Assembly (NCBI GenBank): GCA_035389045.1
Contig: DAOORA010000029.1
Span: 1-49,250 of the forward strand
Direction: 5' to 3'
Length of the DNA: 49,250 nt
From: Bacteroidales bacterium
Lineage (GTDB): Bacteria; Bacteroidota; Bacteroidia; Bacteroidales; CAIWKO01
Part shown: positions 1 to 9,436 of the stretch, one piece after another
How the letters are laid out: each line of letters opens with the position of its first letter
Numbering within the stretch: position 1 is the first letter of the stretch
Notes under the pieces: model-generated
The model's input: the letters and a program-made list of their open reading frames with translations, nothing else
The model's database searches: none
What the model was told of the DNA's origin: nothing
Position numbers and translations under genes: made by a program

Positions 1-1
1 A

Positions 2-3000
2 ATTATAGGTGGGCGGATTAGGAATCGGGTTGCCGTTGTTTGCCTTGCCGCAATAACGTGTTTTACCGCTGATGTTATGGCCTGTACCGCAGAGGTTTAC
101 AGTAACAGTGCGGGTAACCATTATAGACGGTCCGTCACAACCGTTAGCGGTTACTTCGATATCAACAGTTCCATAGAATCCGTTAGTCCATGTCATCACA
201 CCATTAGCATCAATACTGCCGGCAGCGGGATTGCTTATTGACCAGTTGTAGCCGGTAGCATTGGGTGCATTTGTTGCGTATGTGGTCGTTGTTGTTCCGT
301 TGGTAAGCTGGCAGACGGGTTCCGTACCTCCGCCCACGGTGATGGGTGAGGGATTTCCCACAGGAGAAATAATTGTGACATGAATGACCGGAGTGGTCAG
401 CGTTCCGCATGTATTGGTGATCACACAATGAAAATTAGCATTGGTCTGTATAATACCGGGATTGTACGTGCTGGAGGTAACGCCTGTTGATGTTCCGTCC
501 CAATACCATAAATACGAATAGGGTCCTGTACCGCCATGCACATTTGCTGTAAACGTTCCCGGGCTTGTTTTGGTACATATTGAGGTATCCGGAATGGGGT
601 CTGCAGTGAGTTGTGGAAAAACATTAATAGTAAGGGTATTGGAATTTACTGCTCCGCAAATGCCACTGGTAACCTCGCAGTAATACCCTGTGGTATCGGT
701 AATATTTCCGGGATTAAAAGTGCTGTTTGTAGCACCATTGATTATTGAAGATGTTGTATGCCATTGATAAGTATAGGTTCCGTTTCCGCTTATTGCTGTT
801 GCAGTAAATGTGCCCGGGTTTGAATTACTGCAGATGGGCGATGTGCCTCCGCTGATATTAACAACAGCAGGATGGTTAACCGTTACAGACATTGTTGCGG
901 TATTGATACACCCACCGCCGGTAGTTACAGAATAGGTTATTACAGTGGTTCCGGGGCCGATGGCAGTGACAAGTCCGGTTGAAGAGTTGACGGTCACAAT
1001 ATCGATACTTCCTGAAGTCCAGGAGCCGCCTGAAGTAGTACTTGTCCATGTTGAGGTTGACCCGGCACATAAAAGAGTGGTCCCTGACAAAACCTGAGGA
1101 ACAGAAGCCGTTATTGTAACAGATTTTGTTGCAGTATTCACGCACCCTCCCGTAGTAACGGAATAAGCAATGACAGAAGTCCCGGCAGATACGCCTGTAA
1201 TAACTCCTGTGGATGGATCTACTGCGGCGACTCCGGGAGCTGAACTTGTCCAGGTTCCGCCGGAGGTCGTGCCTGTAAATGTTGATGTTGCTCCGACACA
1301 TATTGGTGTAGTTCCTGTTATGGTTTGTGTAACTGGTGTTCCAATGGTCACGGTAACTGTACCGCAAGCGGAAGGGGCGCAGCTGCCACTTAATGCCCTG
1401 ACATAATAAGTTGTTGTTGTTGTTGGTGAAACAGTAACGGTGTTGCCTGTTCCCAATAAAGTTCCGCCACAGGAACCAGAATACCAATATAAAGTGGCTC
1501 CGGGAACAGTTGCGGTCAGGCTTGAAGAACCACTGCCGCAAATACCCGGAGGAGAAGCTATTGGCGCAGGAGTGGAAACTGTTCCCATGGATACCGTGAC
1601 GGAACCGCAACCGACCGACCAGCATCCGGTTGTGACATTATATGCCCTTGCATAGAATGTTGTTGTTGCCCCGATGGTAACTGTAATAGGACTTCCCGAA
1701 CCAATTAAGGTGCCTCCGCAGGATCCGGTATACCAATAAATTTTAGAATTTGCCACAGTGGCAGACAAACTTGTGGTTCCGCCCGAACAAATAGTCGCCG
1801 GATTTGCCACTGGTGCCGGATCGGCGGGTATTTGATTTATTGTCACTGTTGCGCTACCCTGAGGTCCCCAGCAACCGTTTACAGAATATGACCTGAAGTA
1901 ATAGGTGCCTGAAGTCGAAACAACTTGCGAGGTTGAGGGTGTTGCGGTTGAGGCGCCACCGCTTGTCGTGCCCTGCCAGTATATGGTTCCAGTGGTACCC
2001 CCCGAAGCTGTAAGGGTTCTGGATCCTCCGCATTGTGTACCCCCACCGTTGACAGTAACTGCGCCAGGTAATGGATATACCTGAACGGTAACAGTTCCGC
2101 AATCAGAAACACCGCAACTTGCACTCCACGCTCTGGCATAAAAAGTTGTTGTAGCAGAAACTGTTACAGATATTTGACTACCTGTGGAAACAAAAGTCCC
2201 TCCGCAGGATCCGGTATACCAATATATTTCATATCCGGCAGATGAAGCAGATAACGTTGTTGTTCCGCTTCCGCAAACCCCGGCCGGTGAGGCTGTGGGA
2301 GCAGGAATGGAAGGAGTGCCTGCCTGGCCCAGTTCGGTGATGACCCATGCCTGAGCATGTTGTCCCTGACAACATTGCCACGGCTGACAGCTACATTGGT
2401 TGTATTGTCCGCATGGATGAACACAACAGGGATCTTCTGCATAGCCGGAAGGACAGCTTGCTGCTTCTGGAACATTATCACAACACCATATCCCGTAATT
2501 GCCACATTGATTTACACTGGGTATAACGGGACCTTCATACAGTGTCAGCTTGTTATAACAACAGTTATCGCCATACACATATTGATGAGTGTTTGTAATC
2601 GTATAACCCGAAGGGGGAGTCCCCACCGGTGAGCAGCCAGCTTTATTGGCAGGAAGCCATGAATAGCCCGAAGTTTCTTTAAATGAAGTAGCATTTTCGT
2701 CATTAAAGGTAATGCCCGCAACATTCTCTTTGATAATTTCTCCAATGTTTTTAGTGCATATTATTTGTGAAATATAAGTGTACCCTGAAAATGTCAGCAT
2801 TTTTAAACGATACCATTTAGGGTGCACAGAAAAATCAAAGTTTTTATTTTCATCATTGAAAATATACCTTATGCCGCCGTGTTCAGATGATTTTAAAATA
2901 ATGTTGTTATATTCAAGCTCCTTGGGATAATTAATAAGATGGATATCAGGCAGAGACGAAATTTCTGCACGTGAGCAGGTTGTGAAAAAATTCCCGTCAT

Positions 3001-3232
3001 TACTTGATTCAAGTATTACTTCACGAATATTGGCCTCATCATAATTTTCCCATATCATATGTGCCACGGATTTTTCAAAAACCCCTACATAGAAAAATAT
3101 CTGAACATTACTTGATAAAGATTTGGCTGATGTTCCGGGAACATCCGGTTTGATGTTTTTTTGGGCAAAGTTTAACTGATGAATTATCAACAGCAGGAAC
3201 AGAAAGGCAACAGTTTTTTTTAATAATAACAT
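2..3232 (-). CDS. Large secreted Cys/Thr/Gly-rich protein with tandem Ig-like repeats (probable T9SS cargo/adhesin), 3' end beyond window start
   Basis: Manual translation from ATG 3232 (MLLLKKTVAFLFLLLIIHQLNFAQ, signal-peptide-like). The same frame is open at the window edge (...ANNGNPIPNPPTYN), giving >1077 aa. Repeated YWYTGSCGG / TTTFYARA / TVTV Ig-like motifs. Absent from the ORF track, presumably because no stop codon lies in the window. Confidence 0.85.
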   Translation of the reverse strand, partial: MLLLKKTVAFLFLLLIIHQLNFAQKNIKPDVPGTSAKSLSSNVQIFFYVGVFEKSVAHMIWENYDEANIREVILESSNDGNFFTTCSRAEISSLPDIHLINYPKELEYNNIILKSSEHGGIRYIFNDENKNFDFSVHPKWYRLKMLTFSGYTYISQIICTKNIGEIIKENVAGITFNDENATSFKETSGYSWLPANKAGCSPVGTPPSGYTITNTHQYVYGDNCCYNKLTLYEGPVIPSVNQCGNYGIWCCDNVPEAASCPSGYAEDPCCVHPCGQYNQCSCQPWQCCQGQHAQAWVITELGQAGTPSIPAPTASPAGVCGSGTTTLSASSAGYEIYWYTGSCGGTFVSTGSQISVTVSATTTFYARAWSASCGVSDCGTVTVQVYPLPGAVTVNGGGTQCGGSRTLTASGGTTGTIYWQGTTSGGASTATPSTSQVVSTSGTYYFRSYSVNGCWGPQGSATVTINQIPADPAPVANPATICSGGTTSLSATVANSKIYWYTGSCGGTLIGSGSPITVTIGATTTFYARAYNVTTGCWSVGCGSVTVSMGTVSTPAPIASPPGICGSGSSSLTATVPGATLYWYSGSCGGTLLGTGNTVTVSPTTTTTYYVRALSGSCAPSACGTVTVTIGTPVTQTITGTTPICVGATSTFTGTTSGGTWTSSAPGVAAVDPSTGVITGVSAGTSVIAYSVTTGGCVNTATKSVTITASVPQVLSGTTLLCAGSTSTWTSTTSGGSWTSGSIDIVTVNSSTGLVTAIGPGTTVITYSVTTGGGCINTATMSVTVNHPAVVNISGGTSPICSNSNPGTFTATAISGNGTYTYQWHTTSSIINGATNSTFNPGNITDTTGYYCEVTSGICGAVNSNTLTINVFPQLTADPIPDTSICTKTSPGTFTANVHGGTGPYSYLWYWDGTSTGVTSSTYNPGIIQTNANFHCVITNTCGTLTTPVIHVTIISPVGNPSPITVGGGTEPVCQLTNGTTTTTYATNAPNATGYNWSISNPAAGSIDANGVMTWTNGFYGTVDIEVTANGCDGPSIMVTRTVTVNLCGTGHNISGKTRYCGKANNGNPIPNPPTYN

Positions 3233-3302
3233 GGCTTTTGATTTTATTGGTTGATTAATATTTTGAAATAAGAACGATCGTAGAATTGCTTATTCTATTA
3301 TC

Positions 3303-3332
3303 CAAAAATAAAAAAAAAATTTAATTATGCAA
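3303..3332 (-). promoter_or_regulatory. Putative Bacteroidota sigma-A promoter for the large secreted protein gene
   Basis: Minus strand TTG (3332-3330), 19 nt spacer, TATTTTTG (3310-3303), matching the -33/-7 (TAnnTTTG) consensus. Confidence 0.5.
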
Positions 3333-3487
3333 CATTTAAAAAAAATGTTTTTATTAACAGATTTTTCTAAAATTCTCTGTTTTAAACATATAAAATAAGA
3401 ACTATAGAGTCTTACTGAAATAAATATGAAAACAATGGCTGGTTGTTCTATTTTCAATCTTAAAATTAATTTATCAGGCAATGTTTG

Positions 3488-3495
3488 TAATTTTG
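3488..3495 (+). promoter_or_regulatory. Putative -7 promoter element
   Basis: TAATTTTG about 30 nt upstream of ATG 3527. Confidence 0.45.
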
Positions 3496-3526
3496 TAGAA
3501 ATTTCTATTCATAGAGAAATCCGCCC

Positions 3527-5245
3527 ATGAAAAAGTTTTATCTCTCGTTTATTTTATTGGTTATTTGTTATTTATCCTTCGGTCAAATCCTGATTAATGA
3601 ATCATTTGACTCGATTGCCTTTCCACCACCCGGATGGATAAACAAACAGGTTGACGGTACAGGAGTAAAAGCGGTATGGGACAGAGATACCATAGATACC
3701 GACCCCGACTGCATACCTCATTCGGGAAAAGGAATGGCAAGATACTTCGCTTATAACTTGTCTGCCGGGAACTCTTCTATACTTGTTTCTCCCTCCTTTG
3801 ACCTTTCTGTTCTCGGAGCAAATACAGCCAGAATTTCCTTTTGGATGTTCAGGGATAATAGTTATCCCACAAAACAGGACAGCCTTGATATTTATATCAA
3901 CGACACCACTATTCTTGCAGGAGCGGTTCATCTTGTAAAGATAAACCGTTATAAAGGACTATCCCCTGTAGAAACAAACACGGGATGGTATAAATACAAC
4001 TTCGATATCCCGTCGTCATTTCACGGAACAGATAATTACATAATTCTGAAGGCAAGTAGTGTTTTTGGTTACAATATTCTGATCGATGATTTTACCGTGG
4101 AGGTTTCCGGCCCAAATGATGCAGGTATTTCAGCCCTTAATACACCCGGAGTGTCTGTAAATTCGGGTTCGCATACCATATCCGTGACGATAAAGAATTA
4201 TGGCACTTCGCCCCTGTATACCGTGTCAACAGGATGGACTGTTGATGGAGTTGTGTGTACATCCTTTCTTTATATGAACAACAGTGGTCTGGCATCTGGT
4301 TCGGTGGATAGTTCAGTCTGTATTGGAAGTTATAATTTTATAACCGGAGGTAAACACATCATTAAAGTCTGGACACAGTATCCGAATTCGAATAACGATA
4401 TAAATCATATCAACGATACTTTGGTAAAGGACATATGGGTGCAGGCTTACGGAGATTTGCCCTTTGCAGAAAATTTCAATGGAGTGTGGATCGATAAAAG
4501 AAATTCAAATGATGTTCCCTCCCTTTACTGGAATAATACCCCGGAATACGGCAATAATTCATGGCGCCGGAATGATGAAGGGTTGACTGCCGGATGGATA
4601 AGTTTGGATTCAGGCAATTATGCGCCCTTGGATAATGACAGCTCATCATATTCGGCAAGATTTCATTCTTATGATGTTTATTCAGGAAATACCGGTAAGT
4701 TTGACCTGTTTTTGAATTTTTCGCCTCAGGGATATAAAGCATTGAAATTCTGGTATTTCAATGAGGACGGCAATGATTCTCTCTCTGTTATGCTTTCTGT
4801 TGACGGAGGAGGCTCTTTCAATCTTATACAAACTGTGGCACAATCTCCGGTTTGGACCAATCATCAGATCAACCTTGGAACATCTACATCATCAACAAGT
4901 GTTATCCGTTTTCTCGCAAAATCAGATTTCGGGTATACTGATATTGGTCTGGACAGTGTAGAAGTGGTGATTGACAATTCTTTACATACTGATTTAACCG
5001 AAAGCAATACCTTCATTAACATTTACCCAAATCCTGCGAACGGCACAACGAATATCTATATTAAAAACATTCCTGATGCCGAGCTTAGCTTGTTTTCCTT
5101 ATCAGGACAAAAAGTATTTTCACAGCGCATGAAAGAGGAATGCCAGCTTCAGCAAATCGATCTTACCAATCTGTCGAAGGGAACCTATATTATCCAGGTG
5201 AAAAACGAAAGAAACAATATCATTCGTAAATTAGTTGTTCAATAA
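3527..5245 (+). CDS. T9SS type A sorting domain protein with cleaved-adhesin/choice-of-anchor J-like and CARDB-like domains
   Basis: Signal peptide; ESFD..FPPPGW and IDDF motifs; C-terminal IYPNPA...GTYIIQV...KLVVQ sorting domain. Confidence 0.85.
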   Translation: MKKFYLSFILLVICYLSFGQILINESFDSIAFPPPGWINKQVDGTGVKAVWDRDTIDTDPDCIPHSGKGMARYFAYNLSAGNSSILVSPSFDLSVLGANTARISFWMFRDNSYPTKQDSLDIYINDTTILAGAVHLVKINRYKGLSPVETNTGWYKYNFDIPSSFHGTDNYIILKASSVFGYNILIDDFTVEVSGPNDAGISALNTPGVSVNSGSHTISVTIKNYGTSPLYTVSTGWTVDGVVCTSFLYMNNSGLASGSVDSSVCIGSYNFITGGKHIIKVWTQYPNSNNDINHINDTLVKDIWVQAYGDLPFAENFNGVWIDKRNSNDVPSLYWNNTPEYGNNSWRRNDEGLTAGWISLDSGNYAPLDNDSSSYSARFHSYDVYSGNTGKFDLFLNFSPQGYKALKFWYFNEDGNDSLSVMLSVDGGGSFNLIQTVAQSPVWTNHQINLGTSTSSTSVIRFLAKSDFGYTDIGLDSVEVVIDNSLHTDLTESNTFINIYPNPANGTTNIYIKNIPDAELSLFSLSGQKVFSQRMKEECQLQQIDLTNLSKGTYIIQVKNERNNIIRKLVVQ

Positions 5246-5249
5246 TACA

Positions 5250-7190
5250 ATGAAAAAAATATTTTTTATATCAATAACTGTTTTGTTTCACTTTGCTTGT
5301 TACGCTCAGGGATTAACAGGCAATTTTATCATTGGTACGGGAATAGCCGATGTTACCTATCCCACTTTTGGTATGGGAATGCAGGGGATGGCTGATGATT
5401 ATCAGAAAACCACCGAAGTGGAAACCCCCTTGTTCTCACGCGCATTTATTATTGGGGATATGTACAGTCAAAAACGTGTTGCCGTTGTGGTTGTAGATGT
5501 TCTATCCTGTACCCAGATAGTCAAAACCAAAGTTATTGAACAACTGCAAAGCGATACCACCTTTCATCATTTATATAACACAGACAATGTGCTGATTTCC
5601 GGAACCCATACTCACAGCGCTCCGGGGGGATATTCGGAATATTTTCTTTACAATGTTACCATTGGCGGCTTTGACCAGATGTGCCTTGATCATATTGTTA
5701 AAGGTATTGTAGAATCGTTACGTAAAGCACATAAAAATCTTGCTCCGGGCAAAATTTATTTTAACAAAGGAAATCTGGTGGACTGCGGGAGAAACCGGTC
5801 GCGTGATGCATATGTCAATAACCCTGTGGCAGAACTGAACAGTTTTGCAGACAGTACGGACACACAAATGTTATTGTTGAAATTTGTAAAAAACAATGGA
5901 GGAACACCTAAACCCATTGGGGTACTGGCATGGTATAGTTTTCATGCCACAACAAGGGGACAGACGAACACGCTCATCACTGGCGATGCTCAGGGCTGGG
6001 CTTCTCATTGTTTCGAAAATGTCATGGGAACAAGTGTTGATCCAACCGAAACTTTTGTCTGTGCTTTTGCCAATGCCACTGCCGGAGATGTTTCAGGAAA
6101 CATAAAATATGGTGTCCCTGCCGGTGGACCTGATGAGGTACTCCATATGAAGGAATACGGAAATATGATGTATATAAAGGCAAAAGAACTTTTCAATACG
6201 GCAACGATCGGGCTGGATACCGGAATTAATTACAGATATACACACCTCGACATGTCAAACATAGCGATTGACGGCATCCCCGGAGCGCGCACATGGCCTG
6301 CTGCTGTGGGATTGTCAATGGCGGCCGGCAGTACAGAAGACAGCAAAGGCTATGCGCTAATAATGGGAATGAGTATTCCCTCTAACCTCAGAGAAGGTAT
6401 TACCACCGACAATATCACGCTTATTGAAAAGGCTACCCGGACCATTGCATTTCAGGGTCTTGAAAGTAAACTCCCCGCTGGATGGTCGCTTCCGTCAATC
6501 ACTTCCGATGATCCCCCCGGCTGGCAAAACGGGCAGGCACCCAAGCCAATCATGTGGACCGTTGGAAAAGCAACACCCTATCCGCTGGTTCCCAATGTTG
6601 TCCCTATCCAGTTGATCAGGATCGGGAATATGGCCATTGCAGGAGTTCCGGGAGAAATGACCACTATGGCGGGAAGACGATTGAAAGCCTCTATCAAAAA
6701 TCAGCTGGACACCAATGCGACGGTTGCACTGACTTTATATGCAAACGCTTTTACGAGTTATTGTGCGACAAAGGAAGAATATCAGATGCAAAACTATGAA
6801 GGGGCATCCACACTTTACGGCCCTTATACATTGGCTGCTTATCAGCAGGAATACGCAAAGCTTGCACAAGCCATACAAAATCACACAGTCATCAATATCG
6901 GCAGCCCTGCATCGGTTGTCCCAGTGCCTATTCCTTATCAGGGTATTGATACTACTATGATTTTTGTTAATAACAGAAGCAGCCAGGAGGTCCGTATCCG
7001 TGTTTACAGCCCAAATGATGCAATGGCAGATACGGGATTGGGTATTCCTTCATCAGACAAAACAATTGACCCGTACAAAAATTTGCTGATCCCTCTTCCT
7101 TCAGGTCATACCAGCGCAAAAGTGAGGGTGGATAATGCTCTTTCAGTGATTTATAATGGCGGAAGCATTATTATTCATAGAAACCCCTGA
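5250..7190 (+). CDS. Neutral/alkaline non-lysosomal ceramidase family protein
   Basis: GTHTHSAPGG Zn-binding motif, GDVS, PGEMTTMAGRRL and YEGASTLYGP motifs. Likely start is ATG 5250 with a signal peptide (the track starts at an upstream TTG). Confidence 0.9.
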   Translation: MKKIFFISITVLFHFACYAQGLTGNFIIGTGIADVTYPTFGMGMQGMADDYQKTTEVETPLFSRAFIIGDMYSQKRVAVVVVDVLSCTQIVKTKVIEQLQSDTTFHHLYNTDNVLISGTHTHSAPGGYSEYFLYNVTIGGFDQMCLDHIVKGIVESLRKAHKNLAPGKIYFNKGNLVDCGRNRSRDAYVNNPVAELNSFADSTDTQMLLLKFVKNNGGTPKPIGVLAWYSFHATTRGQTNTLITGDAQGWASHCFENVMGTSVDPTETFVCAFANATAGDVSGNIKYGVPAGGPDEVLHMKEYGNMMYIKAKELFNTATIGLDTGINYRYTHLDMSNIAIDGIPGARTWPAAVGLSMAAGSTEDSKGYALIMGMSIPSNLREGITTDNITLIEKATRTIAFQGLESKLPAGWSLPSITSDDPPGWQNGQAPKPIMWTVGKATPYPLVPNVVPIQLIRIGNMAIAGVPGEMTTMAGRRLKASIKNQLDTNATVALTLYANAFTSYCATKEEYQMQNYEGASTLYGPYTLAAYQQEYAKLAQAIQNHTVINIGSPASVVPVPIPYQGIDTTMIFVNNRSSQEVRIRVYSPNDAMADTGLGIPSSDKTIDPYKNLLIPLPSGHTSAKVRVDNALSVIYNGGSIIIHRNP

Positions 7191-7229
7191 TCCGTAGTTT
7201 GCATCTGGTGATTTTATTTCCCAGGTTTC

Positions 7230-7260
7230 TTGCATTTTGTATTATTACTTCTTATATTTG
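7230..7260 (+). promoter_or_regulatory. Putative Bacteroidota promoter
   Basis: TTG (7230-7232), 20 nt spacer, TATATTTG (7253-7260) upstream of the aldo/keto reductase gene. Confidence 0.5.
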
Positions 7261-7340
7261 TTTGCGACTTTTAACATATTGATAGCTACCAACAAATACG
7301 GTTTTAAAACTTTAACGTTGTAAAAATTGAACAAAAAAAT

Positions 7341-8315
7341 ATGGAACATACGGTAAACCTGCGTCCTTTAGGAAAAACAAGTATTATGCTTACCCCCATA
7401 GGGCTTGGGTGCTGGCAATTCAGCAAAAGGAAAAACCTGGCCGGAAAATTCTGGCCTCATCTTGAAGATGATGTCATTGATCGTGTCGTGGCCGGATCCC
7501 TTAATGGCGGAATCAACTGGTTTGACACCGCCGAGGTTTATGGGAAAGGTGCATCGGAAAAAGCGCTTTCAGCCGCCTTGCAAAAAGCAGGAAAAAACAA
7601 CGGAGATGTCCAGATAGCCACAAAATGGTGGCCGATGTTTCGCTTGGCATCAAATATCACCAGAACCATTGATGAACGCATCAGGATGTTAGACCCGTTT
7701 GCTGTCGATCTTTACCAGGTACACCAGCCCTGGGGCTTTTCCGACGAAAAAAGTGAAATGGATGAAATGGCAGAACTTTATTGCAGAAAGCTGATCAGAA
7801 GCATCGGTGTCAGTAATTTTCCTGCGAAAAAAATGAAAAAAGCATGGGAAGCTCTTGCTAAAAAAGGAATTCCTCTGGCATCGAATCAGGTGCCGTTCAG
7901 CCTGTTAAACCGTAACATCGAATCGAACGGGGTTTTGGATATGGCCAAAAATCTTGGTATTTCCATTATTGCTTATTCACCGCTGGCACAGGGACTGGTT
8001 ACCGGTAAATTTCACGACAATCCCGAACTGCTCAGGAATATCGGGCTGAGGAGATACAACCCGCTGTTTAAACCTCAGGGTATCGCCAAAAGCAGACCAC
8101 TGATAAATCTGATCAAAGATCTTGCACTTAAATATAATGTCACGCCTTCCCAGATAGCCCTGAACTGGGTGATTCATTATCATGGCGATACTATAGTAGC
8201 AATACCCGGCGCTACAAAAGAGAGTCATGTAAAGGAAAATACAGGGGCTATGTCGTTCAGGCTTTCTGATGAAGACATGGAACAGCTGGATAAGGAGAGC
8301 AGCATATTCAAATAA
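7341..8315 (+). CDS. Aldo/keto reductase
   Basis: GLGCWQ, FDTAEVYG, ATK, DLYQVH, IGVSNF, AYSPLAQG and IPGA motifs. Confidence 0.95.
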   Translation: MEHTVNLRPLGKTSIMLTPIGLGCWQFSKRKNLAGKFWPHLEDDVIDRVVAGSLNGGINWFDTAEVYGKGASEKALSAALQKAGKNNGDVQIATKWWPMFRLASNITRTIDERIRMLDPFAVDLYQVHQPWGFSDEKSEMDEMAELYCRKLIRSIGVSNFPAKKMKKAWEALAKKGIPLASNQVPFSLLNRNIESNGVLDMAKNLGISIIAYSPLAQGLVTGKFHDNPELLRNIGLRRYNPLFKPQGIAKSRPLINLIKDLALKYNVTPSQIALNWVIHYHGDTIVAIPGATKESHVKENTGAMSFRLSDEDMEQLDKESSIFK

Positions 8316-8365
8316 TCATTGGGGAACATTATAAAGTAAAGCAGAAAGATAAAATAACAGATTGA

Positions 8366-9016
8366 TCACTCTTTTACGAATTTTTTTACCGCTATCCCGT
8401 TTCTGTTACTTACTTTCACGATGTATACCCCAGCCGTGAACTTTCCGGTACATATTTTTTCTATTGAATGCAGCAGGGGCTGTTGTAAAATAAGCTGTCC
8501 CTGAAGATCATAAAGCGATACTAACGTTTCACTTTTAGTTTCCGGCAGTTCAATGGTCAGAATATTTGTTTCCGGATCCAACGTGATTTTAGCATGCAGG
8601 TCATTGCCAATCATTGATATGCCCACCACGGGCGAAACAATGAAATATACAGTATCCGAAACCCATTGTGAAAATGGCGTACACGGTTTATCTCCGGAAC
8701 CTTCATTCAGATTGACGATTACGGAATAATTTCCCGGGGGAAGTGATCCCATTGTTATGGTATCATTATGAGAACAAATATAGGTAAGCATACCCACGCA
8801 GTTTACCAGATAATAGGTGTATTCAGATCCATTCTGCATTTGCGACGGAATGTACCAATCGTAGCAGCCGCCCGAAGAAAACATGGCGCCCACGATAACC
8901 TGAATATTATCAGTCGCATCAGGCATTGCAGGATAGACATTCAAACCCGTTATCCATTGTGAATATGCGGGATATAGGGCGAAAACCATTGAAATGACAC
9001 AAATCAACTTTTTCAT
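8366..9016 (-). CDS. Small T9SS type A sorting domain protein
   Basis: Signal peptide; C-terminal LYDLQGQ...GVYIVKV...KKFVKE. Confidence 0.8.
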   Translation of the reverse strand: MKKLICVISMVFALYPAYSQWITGLNVYPAMPDATDNIQVIVGAMFSSGGCYDWYIPSQMQNGSEYTYYLVNCVGMLTYICSHNDTITMGSLPPGNYSVIVNLNEGSGDKPCTPFSQWVSDTVYFIVSPVVGISMIGNDLHAKITLDPETNILTIELPETKSETLVSLYDLQGQLILQQPLLHSIEKICTGKFTAGVYIVKVSNRNGIAVKKFVKE

Positions 9017-9200
9017 TGTACAGATTCTTTATCTGTAATGACCTGATTTTTTGTGTTTTGGTTGCCTGAAGGTAATATTTCTGATGATCAGGCGGATTGA
9101 AGTGATGAACGATGATATTATCACAATGTATTTTTGTCACCAGTAGTCAAAAAATCCACCCTAAAAACACAGCAGGATCGATGCCGGGCAGGGGTTTTCG

Positions 9201-9383
9201 CTATGCTCCCAAATACTTCAATGCTTCGTATACTAAAAACACCGGCCAAACCAGTGCTTTCAGGAAACCAAGAACCCCAATCCAAAAGCTGGAGGCTACC
9301 GAGATATAATAAATAGCAGCCCCAATCAGGCCGAGTCCGTATATGGCTCCGGCCGGTGCATTGTTGTTATAATTTTTACTCAT
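9201..9383 (-). CDS. Small two-TM hypothetical membrane protein
   Basis: ATG start; hydrophobic GAIYGLGLIGAAIYYI...GFLKALVWPVFLVYEAL; fills the gap co-directionally downstream of the methyltransferase. Confidence 0.7.
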   Translation of the reverse strand: MSKNYNNNAPAGAIYGLGLIGAAIYYISVASSFWIGVLGFLKALVWPVFLVYEALKYLGA

Positions 9384-9436
9384 AATGATGTTTTATTGGA
9401 TACTAAAATTATAAAAAAATTCAGGAACAAATCTTT

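Noticed and set aside
210..2745. Numerous short ORFs in the track (e.g. 876-1625, 1170-1406, 2164-2505)
   Set aside because: They are alternative-frame or antisense shadows of the single long minus-strand ORF starting at 3232.
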